A stretch of 63,796 bases of DNA, the filler included, from Octopus bimaculoides (taxonomy: Eukaryota): assembly GCF_001194135.2 (NCBI RefSeq). It is 5 parts of 5 records of this genome, joined end to end, with 100 filler letters (N's around TTAATTAATTAA, not from the genome) between each part and the next. Parts side by side here need not be neighbours in the genome. Positions count along the whole stretch, not along the records: positions 1 to 31,063 come from NC_069008.1; positions 31,164 to 48,010 come from NC_068986.1; 3 more parts are not named here. The stretch is one strand, 5' to 3'. The notes beneath the pieces were generated by a model. That model was not told where the DNA came from. It searched no databases and saw nothing but the letters and a program-made list of their open reading frames with translations. The translations under genes were made by a program, and so were the position numbers. Shown one piece after another: positions 24,904 through 37,653 of this stretch (position 1 is its first letter; the number at the start of each line of letters is the position of its first letter).

Positions 24904-25054
24904 AAAGTTTGACATATCCATCTGTGAAGAATGTACCAAACTCTGCCATACCAGAACAAGGTTCCGCGTTGAAGGATTTAGTCTGGTCTTCTGTTATCTT
25001 TTTCTTGTTGGCTTTAATGTTCTTCAAACATCCAATAAACTGTAGATTCATGTT
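24904..25054 (-). CDS. LanA: Laminin alpha LG4/LG5 junction exon
   Basis: cccttttcag|aac...ctt t|gtaagt; NMNLQFIGCLKNIKANKK...AEPCSGMAEFGTFFTDGYVKL. Missed by the ORF track. Confidence 0.92.
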
Positions 25055-25207
25055 CTGAAAAGGGAAAAAATTATGTCAGTGGGAGCATAGTAACTTGGTT
25101 GTATGTCACATTCACACATACATCCACTGCTTATATATAGTTACCCATGCAAAGCCACACTAACACTGCCAATGAAAAACAAAAAAAAAGAGACCAACCT
25201 CTAAATT

Positions 25208-26204
25208 AGGGGTTCTGAACCATCTTTAACTTATTGACCCCTTTGAAATACCATTTTATTCTGGTGGACTCCCAGAGCCATTTGATGCTTAAAAACTGGT
25301 TTTATAAAACTTTTTTCAAAATTTCCATTTTGTTTTTCCCACATTCACTCATGTAGGTTGAACAATGCAAAAATGTTAGGGAAAGAAACCCAGCCATTTC
25401 TTGCAATACAAACCAAAACATAACATCTAAAGCAGGGAATCCCAACCATTTTTCATCTTTGGACCCCCTCCCCATAGCCATTCAATGTTTAGAAACTAGT
25501 TTTACAAAAACTTCTTTCAAAACTCCTATTTTGTTTTTCCCACATTCACTCATGTAGGTTCAACCATGTAAAATGTTAGAGAAAAAAACCTTACTGTTCC
25601 TTGTAGTACATACCAAAACAAACACCTAAAGCAAAATATTTTCAGGGACTCTTAAAATACTCCCGTGGGTCTTCAATTTACTATTTTGCTTGCATAGAAC
25701 CCCTTTGATTACTATTTTATTCTGGTGGACCTGTCATAGGCATTCAATATCTAGACCCCTCTTTTGGGTTTCCAACATAAACTCATGTGCATTAAACTCT
25801 GTAAAACATTGGAGAAAGAAACTTTACTTTTTCTTGCATACCAATACATACATCATCATCATCATCATTGTCGTTGTTTAACATCCGCTTTCCATGCTGG
25901 CATGGGTTGGACGGTTTCACTGAGGGCTGGCGAGCCAGAAGGCTGCACCAGGTTCCAATCTGATCTGGCAAAGTTTCTACAGTTGGATGCCCCTTCCTAA
26001 CACCAACCACTCCGACAATGTAGTGGGTGCTTTTTTTTTTACGTGCCACCAGCACAGGAGCCAGTCAGGTGGCACTGGCAACAACCTAAAGCAAAATTTT
26101 TTCAGGAGCCCTTAAAATACTATTATGCATCCCTAATTTACTATTTTGTTGTGTGCCACCCCCCACCCCCCAACCCAAATATTTCATGAACCCTGGTTGA
26201 GAAC
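25208..26204. mobile_element. hAT-like MITE with internal degenerate tandem duplication, interrupted by a retroposon at about 25850-26085
   Basis: Ends ggggttctgaacc ... ggttgagaac(N); the tttgtttttcccacattcactcatgtaggtt block recurs at about 25330 and 25530. Confidence 0.55.
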
Positions 26205-27350
26205 NNNNNNNNNNNNNNNNNNNNNNNNNNNNNNNNNNNNNNNNNNNNNNNNNNNNNNNNNNNNNNNNNNNNNNNNNNNNNNNNNNNNNNNNNNNNNNNN
26301 NNNNNNNNNNNNNNNNNNNNNNNNNNNNNNNNNNNNNNNNNNNNNNNNNNNNNNNNNNNNNNNNNNNNNNNNNNNNNNNNNNNNNNNNNNNNNNNNNNNN
26401 NNNNNNNNNNNNNNNNNNNNNNNNNNNNNNNNNNNNNNNNNNNNNNNNNNNNNNNNNNNNNNNNNNNNNNNNNNNNNNNNNNNNNNNNNNNNNNNNNNNN
26501 NNNNNNNNNNNNNNNNNNNNNNNNNNNNNNNNNNNNNNNNNNNNNNNNNNNNNNNNNNNNNNNNNNNNNNNNNNNNNNNNNNNNNNNNNNNNNNNNNNNN
26601 NNNNNNNNNNNNNNNNNNNNNNNNNNNNNNNNNNNNNNNNNNNNNNNNNNNNNNNNNNNNNNNNNNNNNNNNNNNNNNNNNNNNNNNNNNNNNNNNNNNN
26701 NNNNNNNNNNNNNNNNNNNNNNNNNNNNNNNNNNNNNNNNNNNNNNNNNNNNNNNNNNNNNNNNNNNNNNNNNNNNNNNNNNNNNNNNNNNNNNNNNNNN
26801 TATGTATGTGTGTCTGTGTGTGTGTGGAGGCGCAATGGCCCATGGTTAGGGCAGCGGACTCGTGGCCATAGGATCGCGGTTTTGATTCCCAGACTGGGCA
26901 TTGTGTGTTTATATGAGTTTGTGCATGTGTGTGTCCGCGCGCACATACATGTATATATCTGTGTTTGTGTTTGCTTGTTTGTGTATGTGCATGCATGCTG
27001 GCTGTGCGCGTGCATGTATGTGTGTGCATGCACGTATGTGTGTACATGTGCGTTTCTATGAGAGTTTGCGTATATGCATCCGTGCGCATGTCTATGTGTT
27101 TATGCATACACGATTGTGTTTGTGCACATGTAGGTGTGTGTACATGCATGTATGCACATGTATGTGTGCATGTGGCTGCCTGTGTGAGTGTTTGTATGTT
27201 CGTTTGTGTGTATACATGCACGTATGTGCAGGAGAGTACATGCATACACGTGCATGGTTGCCAGTGTTTGAATGCATGTTTAAATACATGCATATATGTG
27301 TGTGTGCATGGCTACCCATGTGCATGCTTTGTGGATGTGTGTGTGTGTGG

Positions 27351-27386
<36 letters not shown>

Positions 27387-28444
27387 NNNNNNNNNNNNNN
27401 NNNNNNNNNNNNNNNNNNNNNNNNNNNNNNNNNNNNNNNNNNNNNNNNNNNNNNNNNNNNNNNNNNNNNNNNNNNNNNNNNNNNNNNNNNNNNNNNNNNN
27501 NNNNNNNNNNNNNNNNNNNNNNNNNNNNNNNNNNNNNNNNNNNNNNNNNNNNNNNNNNNNNNNNNNNNNNNNNNNNNNNNNNNNNNNNNNNNNNNNNNNN
27601 NNNNNNNNNNNNNNNNNNNNNNNNNNNNNNNNNNNNNNNNNNNNNNNNNNNNNNNNNNNNNNNNNNNNNNNNNNNNNNNNNNNNNNNNNNNNNNNNNNNN
27701 NNNNNNNNNNNNNNNNNNNNNNNNNNNNNNNNNNNNNNNNNNNNNNNNNNNNNNNNNNNNNNNNNNNNNNNNNNNNNNNNNNNNNNNNNNNNNNNNNNNN
27801 NNNNNNNNNNNNNNNNNNNNNNNNNNNNNNNNNNNNNNNNNNNNNNNNNNNNNNNNNNNNNNNNNNNNNNNNNNNNNNNNNNNNNNNNNNNNNNNNNNNN
27901 NNNNNNNNNNNNNNNNNNNNNNNNNNNNNNNNNNNNNNNNNNNNNNNNNNNNNNNNNNNNNNNNNNNNNNNNNNNNNNNNNNNNNNNNNNNNNNNNNNNN
28001 NNNNNNNNNNNNNNNNNNNNNNNNTAAAGGTGGTGCTCCAGCATGGCCGCAGTTAAGTGACTGAAACAAATAAAAGAAAAAAAAAAAGATATATATATAT
28101 AGTGGGTGTTACATATATATATGTATATATATATATATCATCATCATCATCGTTTAACGTCCGCTTTCCATGCTGGCATGGGTTGGACGATTTGACAGGA
28201 CTGGTGGACCAGGTGGCTACACTAGGCTCCTGCATCCAGTAGCAGGATCCTGGTTCTGGAGTGCCATGGCTTTGAGGAGTATGGAGCCACCACTTAACTA
28301 ATGTTCTCAGGTCTGCTCTAGCCTGGAGTAGCAACACCGGGCAGGGGGTCCCGTCCAAGCCAAGACATGTTACAACCCTGGGCTGCAACATGGTGGATCC
28401 CAATGAAATAAACTGAGTCCGGAAAGAAATAAGAAAACCCTTAC

Positions 28445-28592
28445 TTTCTGTTGTTCTTGTTGCGAATGTAGACTTCCCATCGACTGGCATTAGACGTGGC
28501 CCCGAATCTGTGCCCTGATGCTGAATATGAATCTGCTGCAGCGGGAACTTTGGGCAGGGCACACTGTCCTGGAGGTAACGTGGGTGGTGGTG
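28445..28592 (-). CDS. LanA: Laminin alpha LG3-LG4 linker / start of LG4
   Basis: ctatttcag|ca cca...aga aa|gtaagg; PPPTLPPGQCALPKVP...GHRFG, comparable to LanA CALPLRP...GYRF. Confidence 0.88.
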
Positions 28593-29376
28593 CTGAAATA
28601 GATAGATAAATACATATACATACATATATATATATGTGTGTGTCTGTGTTTGTCCCCCCACCATCGCTTGACAACCGATGCTGGTGTGTTTACGTTTCCG
28701 TAACTTAGTGGTTCGGCAAAACGAGACCGATAGAATAAGTACTAGGCTTCCAAAGAATAAGTCATGGGGTCGATTTGCTCGACTAAAGGCGGTGCTCCAG
28801 CATGGCCGCAGTCTAACAGTGACTGAAACCAGTAAAAGAGTCAAAGAGTTGAATGAATTGGTGCTATAGACTCTTTGCCCCCTTTCTGCAGCTGTTATAA
28901 GGGGATTCTATGATATATAACAATGGCTATATCGTAGCCTTTATTACGAAGAAGAAATAACTTTAATGATCATGTGATTGACTTGAAGCATGCTGCATGT
29001 CTTTTTTGTGTGTGTGGGTGTGTGCATTTTGCAACCCCTTTTGCTGTGAACTGGTGAAGGGATGTGCAGTACCAGTTGGCAATGATATGTTGTTGTTGGC
29101 ACTCCGTCGGTTGCAACGTCGAGGGTTCCAGTTGATCCGATCAATGCAACAGCCTGCTCGTGAAATTAACGTGCAAGTGGCTGAGCACTCCACAGACACG
29201 TGTGCCCTTAACGTAGTTCTTGGAGATATTCAGCGTGACACAGTGTGACAAGGCTGACCCCTTTGAATTACAGGCACATGAAGTAAGAGTGAGAGAAAGT
29301 TGTGGTGGGGACTTCTTCCTCACAATTTCCTCAGAATTTGCAGACATCAAAATCCAAAGAATCACAGAGTACTTAC

Positions 29377-29480
29377 TGGCTGGAACGACTGATGTTGAGG
29401 GGACTGTGGTTGATATATCCAGGGGACAGATGTTTACTCTCACACCAGCACTGTGTTTGGCTGTGGCAAAATTAAAGAAT
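29377..29480 (-). CDS. LanA: Laminin alpha end of LG3 + Thr/Ser/Pro-rich linker
   Basis: ttctttgtag|a ttc...gcc a|gtaagt; FFNFATAKHSAGVRVNICPLDISTTVPSTSVVPA. Phases 2 and 1 match both neighbours. Confidence 0.88.
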
Positions 29481-29499
29481 CTACAAAGAAGAAAGCAAC

Positions 29500-29530
29500 A
29501 TCATCATTATTATTGTTGTTATTATTATTA

Positions 29531-29562
<32 letters not shown>

Positions 29563-30666
29563 GTTGTTATTATTATTATCATTATTATTATTATTATTGA
29601 GTGAGAGAGCAGTGCATGCCATCAAAGTGACACTGGGGTAAAATATACGAAGCCCATTATACCCATCATGACTACCCGTCTGATAAGGGTACACCAGGCA
29701 CATGCATCACAACCATATGTACGCGACATGGTGATCTCATATCAAGATAAACGGCGCATGACCTCGCAGGTGGGGCCCAGTTAGAATTTTCTTCAGGTCG
29801 AGTAGCCCATCCTGCTCAAAAGGTCCCTGAATAAGGTTTGTTTAAGGATGTTANNNNNNNNNNNNNNNNNNNNNNNNNNNNNNNNNNNNNNNNNNNNNNN
29901 NNNNNNNNNNNNNNNNNNNNNNNNNNNNNNNNNNNNNNNNNNNNNNNNNNNNNNNNNNNNNNNNNNNNNNNNNNNNNNNNNNNNNNNNNNNNNNNNNNNN
30001 NNNNNNNNNNNNNNNNNNNNNNNNNNNNNNNNNNNNNNNNNNNNNNNNNNNNNNNNNNNNNNNNNNNNNNNNNNNNNNNNNNNNNNNNNNNNNNNNNNNN
30101 NNNNNNNNNNNNNNNNNNNNNNNNNNNNNNNNNNNNNNNNNNNNNNNNNNNNNNNNNNNNNNNNNNNNNNNNNNNNNNNNNNNNNNNNNNNNNNNNNNNN
30201 NNNNNNNNNNNNNNNNNNNNNNNNNNNNNNNNNNNNNNNNNNNNNNNNNNNNNNNNNNNNNNNNNNNNNNNNNNNNNNNNNNNNNNNNNNNNNNNNNNNN
30301 NNNNNNNNNNNNNNNNNNNNNNNNNNNNNNNNNNNNNNNNNNNNNNNNNNNNNNNNNNNCATGATAACACTTCCAATCTGTTAAGATCCGAAGCCATGAG
30401 AGCCAGTGCCTGGTACTACATCAGGACATTAGCAAATCTGTGGTATTGAGCAGAATATTTGCTGTAGCCCATCTTTTTATACCAAGACAAAACAATGTAC
30501 ATGATAACACTTCCAATCTGTTAAGATCCGAAGCCATGAGAGCCAGTGCCTGGTACTGCATCAGGACATTAGCAAATCTGTGGTATTGAGCAGAATATTT
30601 GCTGTAGCCCATCTTTTATACCAAGACAAAACAATGTACATGATAACACTTCCAATCAATTAAGAT
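29500..30666 (-). mobile_element. 3' end of a non-LTR retroelement with (AAT)n tail, inside a laminin intron; contains a 140-bp tandem duplication
   Basis: (ATT)n on + at 29500-29598 abuts the element; unit catgataacacttccaatc... starts at 30360, 30500 and 30639. Confidence 0.55.
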
Positions 30667-30734
30667 CAATGTACTTAGAGTGTAGAGTCAATGTACTTAC
30701 AAAGACAGTGTATTTAGAGAGAAAGTGTACTTAC

Positions 30735-31042
30735 AGGCCATTTATAGTAACATCCTCTATACAACCATAGAACTGAACATCTGGTACACCTCCAGGGAGG
30801 CTAATATCTTCAGGTATGCCACCAAAGTACAGCTGTACATCTGTGTCCAGTCCTGTTGTGGCAAGGCCGACAGCCATATCGACGTCGTTGATGTTCAGTG
30901 TCAGTTCCTGGCCGTCCTTCACCACAGAGATGTAATGCCAGCTGCCATCGTTGTAGTTACCGATCTTACTCTTCACCTCTGGTCCTTCGTCTCGTATTAC
31001 TGTGATGTGACCAGATGAGACGGATATGGCCAGGTACCGCCT
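30735..31042 (-). CDS. LanA: Laminin alpha LG3 exon (most 5' exon present; the gene is cut by the spacer at 31064)
   Basis: caacag|agg...ggc ct|gtaagt; YNDGSWHYISVVK...LYFGGIP...FYGCIEDVTING, laminin G motifs. Confidence 0.93.
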
Positions 31043-31063
31043 CTGTTGATGGTGGTGGTGGTG

Positions 31064-31163
31064 NNNNNNNNNNNNNNNNNNNNNNNNNNNNNNNNNNNNN
31101 NNNNNNNTTAATTAATTAANNNNNNNNNNNNNNNNNNNNNNNNNNNNNNNNNNNNNNNNNNNN
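31064..31163. other. Artificial 100-bp join (six-frame stop spacer)
   Basis: 44 N + TTAATTAATTAA + 44 N. Confidence 0.95.
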
Positions 31164-31210
<47 letters not shown>

Positions 31211-31512
31211 CAGACAGATGGTGCGGATACGGTATGATTAGTATATTACTCTCCAATTATCCAATTAAGATTTTATTTTTAAAGGGACTTTTTTAAATTT
31301 TTTCCAAGTTCTCTAGAATTTTCTTGAAGAGGATCTAGAATTTTTGGGGAAGAGCATAGAAATTCAGGTGGACTGGATAAGAATTCAGTTTTTAAAGTTA
31401 GGAAAGGACATAAAAGAAAGGAAGCTATCACAAAGTGTGAGAAATATTAAGGTAACGTTGTTTTACGATTCAAATTCAACGAGAAATATTTCATCTTCAT
31501 CGTCCACTTAAA

Positions 31513-31536
31513 ATGGCGGCAATAATGTTAAAAGAG
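31513..31536 (+). CDS. Candidate first coding exon of an unidentified gene (MAAIMLKE)
   Basis: aaaATGGCGG start context followed by gag|gtaaat in unique sequence; no downstream exon identified. Confidence 0.35.
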
Positions 31537-31848
31537 GTAAATATTATGAGGAACTTAACGTACCGTAAAAATATATATGAAAGAAAGAACAAAGTAATTA
31601 TATCTCCTTGATTGTTACTGTCTCTGTATCATTCTTTATTCTGATAATGGGACAAATTACTAATTGTTAATGAGCGTTAATGGATCAAGTAACGTTATTG
31701 TTCTGAGGCACGCATAGATGACTAATACAGAAAAAGCAAAAGATTTTATAGAAGAAAAATCTAACCTGAACATAGTTGTATCTTTAATATAATATATTTC
31801 AAAGAAAGGCTGTTCTCTGTTAACGCTGCATATACTTGCATCCTCACA

Positions 31849-31894
<46 letters not shown>

Positions 31895-31951
31895 GCACAC
31901 ACAAATATACATATTTACCCAGCTATATATGCATGCACACACACAAATGTG

Positions 31952-32013
<62 letters not shown>

Positions 32014-32185
32014 ACATATATACATATGTATATAAAATCCATATATATGTATGTGTATGTGTGTCCCCGTAAGTAAACTAATATATGTATATTTATGCAT
32101 ACTTATATATATGCATAGTCAAGCAAGATTCGGTGAAAACACCCGTAGCATGCTAAGCAAAGCTCGTGCACATACACACATACAC

Positions 32186-32224
<39 letters not shown>

Positions 32225-32871
32225 NNNNNNNNNNNNNNNNNNNNNNNNNNNNNNNNNNNNNNNNNNNNNNNNNNNNNNNNNNNNNNNNNNNNNNNNNNNN
32301 NNNNNNNNNNNNNNNNNNNNNNNNNNNNNNNNNNNNNNNNNNNNNNNNNNNNNNNNNNNNNNNNNNNNNNNNNNNNNNNNNNNNNNNNNNNNNNNNNNNN
32401 NNNNNNNNNNNNNNNNNNNNNNNNNNNNNNNNNNNNNNNNNNNNNNNNNNNNNNNNNNNNNNNNNNNNNNNNNNNNNNNNNNNNNNNNNNNNNNNNNNNN
32501 NNNNNNNNNNNNNNNNNNNNNNNNNNNNNNNNNNNNNNNNNNNNNNNNNNNNNNNNNNNNNNNNNNNNNNNNNNNNNNNNNNNNNNNNNNNNNNNNNNNN
32601 NNNNNNNNNNNNNNNNNNNNNNNNNNNNNNNNNNNNNNNNNNNNNNNNNNNNNNNNNNNNNNNNNNNNNNNNNNNNNNNNNNNNNNNNNNNNNNNNNNNN
32701 NNNNNNNNNNNNNNNNNNNNNNNNNNNNNNNNNNNNNNNNNNNNNNNNNNNNNNNNNNNNNNNNNNNNNNNNCACATGGTGACCTACAAACCTCAAGTAT
32801 ACACCTGGAGAAACCAAAGTACGAGATAAAAAAAAGAACATACCCCGTTCCCAGAAACACACATACATACA

Positions 32872-32910
<39 letters not shown>

Positions 32911-33198
32911 ACGAACACACACACTCACACAAAAATAATTCTCAACGCACATAAACACATTCATAAACACACACACATGTACACACAAATGTCATCCCTC
33001 TCAATCATACACCTGCCCCATAAATCCCATTTTTCGTACCCTACGCTTTATCTTCTGAGGCGTCTATGTTGGGATTCGTCTCTCTGTTTCCCTCTCCCTC
33101 AATTTTTCCCCCTCACTCTTATTTCAACTCTTTCTGTCTCACACACACACTTTCTCATTCTTCCTCAATCTGTCTCCCTCTCTCTCCTCTCTCTCTCT

Positions 33199-33231
<33 letters not shown>

Positions 33232-33948
33232 ACTCACACACACACGCACATATACATACACATACACATACACACACTGTATCTGCCCGTATTGCTGTGT
33301 TAATAATTCTTAACAACCACGGCGTTCGTATTCGTGAGCATGTGTTTGTATGTGCGAATGCATGAATGTATATGCATGTATGTATGCATGTATGTATGTA
33401 TGTATGCATGCATGTTTGTATGTATGTGTATACCATTATTCCTCCGACACACAAACTCTGACATCTAAGGATGTGGGCACGTTCTATGCCTACGAAATTC
33501 CAAGTATTATGTACCTGAATCAATCTGTAATCAAACACTAACAATTCCAACTAAATGCATTGAGTGCCGTTTTCTTTTGTTCATCTGCTCTTGTATATAA
33601 ATATAGTTGACTCAATTGACTGCTCTCCCCTCTCCACTGTTTTGAGCGCCTAGTCTGTTATGTGCAGTTTTGGAATTCATCGTGGGACGCCAACGTTGTG
33701 TATTTGTATTTATCGGACAGCCTTCACCAAATCAGCTCAAAGTTACCTTTCTTAGTATCTGCTGCTGAAGAGAGCTAAGGAAATTGAAATGCATCCATCA
33801 CTCAAATAGAGAGCGCTGTGTCCTGACTATAGTGTTTTAATACCTTTTTGTTTTCAGTGTGAATTTTATCTCCACGGCAAATTGCATCGAAAATCCATTA
33901 CAGATTCAAATATTTCTCAAACATATATGAACTTGCGCTTACCCTTAT

Positions 33949-33983
<35 letters not shown>

Positions 33984-34202
33984 NNNNNNNNNNNNNNNNN
34001 NNNNNNNNNNNNNNNNNNNNNNNNNNNNNNNNNNNNNNNNNNNNNNNNNNNNNNNNNNNNNNNNNNNNNNNNNNNNNNNNNNNNNNNNNNNNNNNNNNNN
34101 NNNNNNNNNNNNNNNNNNNNNNNNNNNNNNNNNNNNNNNNNNNNNNNNNNNNNNNNNNNNNNNNNNNNNNNNNNNNNNNNNNNNNNNNNNNNNNNNNNNN
34201 NN

Positions 34203-34236
<34 letters not shown>

Positions 34237-34326
34237 TCGTGTGTATGTGTGTATATATATAAATTCGTGTGTGTGTATACACACACACACACACACATCC
34301 AAATTGAGGGAGTGCAGTGGGTAAAA

Positions 34327-34415
34327 TTCAGACTACATATGTTTCCTAGCAAGCATATCTTTGATGTAACGATTACTCAACGAGGGATATTCAGCTAGCT
34401 ACTCATCAGGCCGAA
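34327..34415 (-). ncRNA. Minimal type-I hammerhead ribozyme motif (Penelope/retrozyme-like)
   Basis: Minus strand: ttcggc-CTGATGA-gtagctagc...gcttgctag-GAAAC-atat-GTA|gtctgaa. Core nucleotides intact; stems I and II imperfect; stem III palindromic (ACATATGT). Confidence 0.7.
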
Positions 34416-34752
34416 GATAACATAATTTCATGAAGTTTACATTGCCGTTAAGGAATTCTAAGTTAAAGTGCCGGAGATACAGTTCGAAATGGGTACCGAA
34501 GGCACAAGAGCGTTCATAGCCACTCGAGTTTCTAAACGTGAGCTATAAAGATATTTTTTCAGCTTATCGAACTTCGATATGGGAAGCGCCTACAATCCTC
34601 GCCAATAACTTATTGTTGTTCCTGAACGTTTTTCTTGATACCTACCACGAACTAGTCGAAGCTTACAAACTTCCTACACTTATATCCTTGGGTCTTACAA
34701 TTACATACCGATATATGTGTGTGTGCATGCATATATACTGTATATATATATG

Positions 34753-34783
<31 letters not shown>

Positions 34784-34797
34784 CTATATATATATAC

Positions 34798-34848
<51 letters not shown>

Positions 34849-36076
34849 TATGCATACACACATGCATACATACATACATACATACATATGTGTGTATGTA
34901 TGCATGTATGTATGTATGTATGTATAGGGAAAATAAGAGTAAACACGAGTTTATATTGAAGTTTTTATGTGCATTTTACCATGATGGTTCTTTGGAGCTA
35001 TGATAGTAGTTCCAAATACGTTGCCGATGCTCAACCACAACGGATTCTCAGCGAACACTCAATTTACATCAAGTTAAAGGTAACTACGTCACAGGGCTCC
35101 AAACAACCATAATGATGAAACGCATGCCAAAACTTTAATATAAACTTCTGTTTATCGTTTTTTTATTCTACTGCATTTGCTCTGTAGCTCTTAATCAGTA
35201 ATACTACACAGTATAAAAATAACCTAACTATACAAGAAGCAGATTGGGTTATGAAAAATCTACGTGGTGCTCTATACATAACAGTAGCAGTCATATATAT
35301 ATATATATATATATATATANNNNNNNNNNNNNNNNNNNNNNNNNNNNNNNNNNNNNNNNNNNNNNNNNNNNNNNNNNNNNNNNNNNNNNNNNNNNNNNNN
35401 NNNNNNNNNNNNNNNNNNNNNNNNNNNNNNNNNNNNNNNNNNNNNNNNNNNNNNNNNNNNNNNNNNNNNNNNNNNNNNNNNNNNNNNNNNNNNNNNNNNN
35501 NNNNNNNNNNNNNNNNNNNNNNNNNNNNNNNNNNNNNNNNNNNNNNNNNNNNNNNNNNNNNNNNNNNNNNNNNNNNNNNNNNNNNNNNNNNNNNNNNNNN
35601 NNNNNNNNNNNNNNNNNNNNNNNNNNNNNNNNNNNNNNNNNNNNNNNNNNNNNNNNNNNNNNNNNNNNNNNNNNNNNNNNNNNNNNNNNNNNNNNNNNNN
35701 NNNNNNNNNNNNNNNNNNNNNNNNNNNNNNNNNNNNNNNNNNNNNNNNNNNNNNNNNNNNNNNNNNNNNNNNNNNNNNNNNNNNNNNNNNNNNNNNNNNN
35801 NNNNNNNNNNNNNNNNNNNNNNNNNNNNNNNNNNNNNNNNNNNNNNNNNNNNNNNNNNNNNNNNNNNNNNNNNNNNNNNNNNNNNNNNNNNNNNNNNNNN
35901 NNNNNNNNNNNNNNNNNNNNNNNNNNNNNNNNNNNNNNNNNNNNNNNNNNNNNNNNNNNNNNNNNNNNNNNNNNNNNNNNNNNNNNNNNNNNNNNNNNNN
36001 NNNNNNNNNNNNNNNNNNNNNNNNNNNNNNNNNNNNNNNNNNNNNNNNNNNNNNNNNNNNNNNNNNNNNNNNNNNN

Positions 36077-36122
<46 letters not shown>

Positions 36123-37359
36123 CTTTTATCTTTTCTGTTATCTTTTGCTGGTTTCAATCATTAGACAGCGACCATACTGGGGTACCTCCTTGAAGAGCAT
36201 TCACCAAATGAATCGTGCTAACTACTTATTTTTTTAAAGATTACTACTTATTTTATCAGTCTCTATTGCCGATCCACTGCGTTACGTGGACGTAAACGCA
36301 CCATCGCCGGTTGTCAAGCGGTGTATGGAGACAAACTGACACAAAGACACACACGCACGCACGCACACACACACAAATACACATACCGGGCTTCTTTCAG
36401 TTTCCTTCGACCAAATACACTCACAAGGCTTTGGTCGGCCTGTGGAAAACACTTGCCCAGGGTGTCACGCTGTGAGACTGGACCAGGAACATTCATACAT
36501 ACATGTATACATACATATGTACGTAATACGTATATACATATGTATATGCATCGGTAATGGTGGTGCTACAGCATGACCTCACCCTCTGGTTGAAACAGGT
36601 AAAAGTTATATCCTTATGCACCTATATGTATGTGTGACTGTGTTTGTGTATGCGTATGTGTGTATGCGTGAGTGTGTGTGTGTGTGTGTTTGTGCGTGTG
36701 TGTATGTATGTGTGTATGCGTATGTATATAAGTCTGAGTGTATATGTTTGTGTGTGTGTATGCGTATGTATGTATGTGTGTATGTGTGTGTGTTTATGAG
36801 TGTGATTGTATGTATGCGTACGTGTGTATGTGTGAGTGTGTTGTGTTTGTGTGTGTATGTGTGTATATGCGTATGTGTGTATGTATGTGTTTGTGTGTGT
36901 AAACAGAGAAAGTGTGAGAGCTACACTACATACATGTGTAGATGTATCTGTTATACGTATCTGTTATACGTGTGCCATTAAATTCCCGATTATACGTGCT
37001 CCGTTGCGTGCCATCATATCAAGTATGTATATGCATGGGGTGGGTAAGTATCTGTGTGTGTGTGTGTGTGTGTGTGTNNNNNNNNNNNNNNNNNNNNNNN
37101 NNNCTCTTGTATCACAGCAAACAAACACGATACCTGGGGTTTTTACATGTGTTCCTAAATAATGCCCACCTCTTTTCTCACTTTCTTCTTCTTCTTCTTC
37201 TTCTTCTTCTTCTTCTTCTTCTTCTTCTTCTTCTTCTTCTTCTTCTTCTCCTCTTTCTTCTTCTCCAAATCGTGTTTTGATATTCTCAATACCAAATCAG
37301 CGAAGGTGAGTAGTATTGTCTGGTCACGGGGCACTAACTGCAAATAACAAGAACAACAA

Positions 37360-37393
<34 letters not shown>

Positions 37394-37501
37394 CTACAAA
37401 GCAACACCTTCAACAACAACATCAGGAACAACAGAAGATAAGAAACGATGAGAAATGAACAAAAACAAAAAAGCAACAATCTAAAATGGAGAAGTACTTA
37501 C

Positions 37502-37653
37502 CTGTTAACATCACTGCCCACGCCCATCACTACGACACGCTATTGTACACCAGGGTACAAGGTCGGTACCCGCTTCTCATCTCATCCCACCCCTAGCGGC
37601 CGTCGACCGTGAATATAGGTGTAGCTGAACTCATACGTGACGTCTCTTCAGCT
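37502..37653 (-). other. Candidate 5' exon ending in ATG GGC GTG GGC AGT GAT GTT AAC AG|gtaagt
   Basis: Perfect donor and unique, GC-richer sequence; weak acceptor; all three through-frames closed, so mostly UTR if real. Confidence 0.3.

Noticed and set aside
30360-30666. Regularly spaced repeat resembling a CRISPR array
   Set aside because: Whole 140-bp units are duplicated with no unique spacers; eukaryotic context with no cas genes.
33430-33800. Small exon-like segments on both strands
   Set aside because: Splice signals are weak or mutually conflicting, and the peptides are unrecognisable.
37180-37345. Lys-rich ORF and a gtgagt donor beside (TTC)n
   Set aside because: Poly-K comes from the microsatellite; no acceptor or homology.
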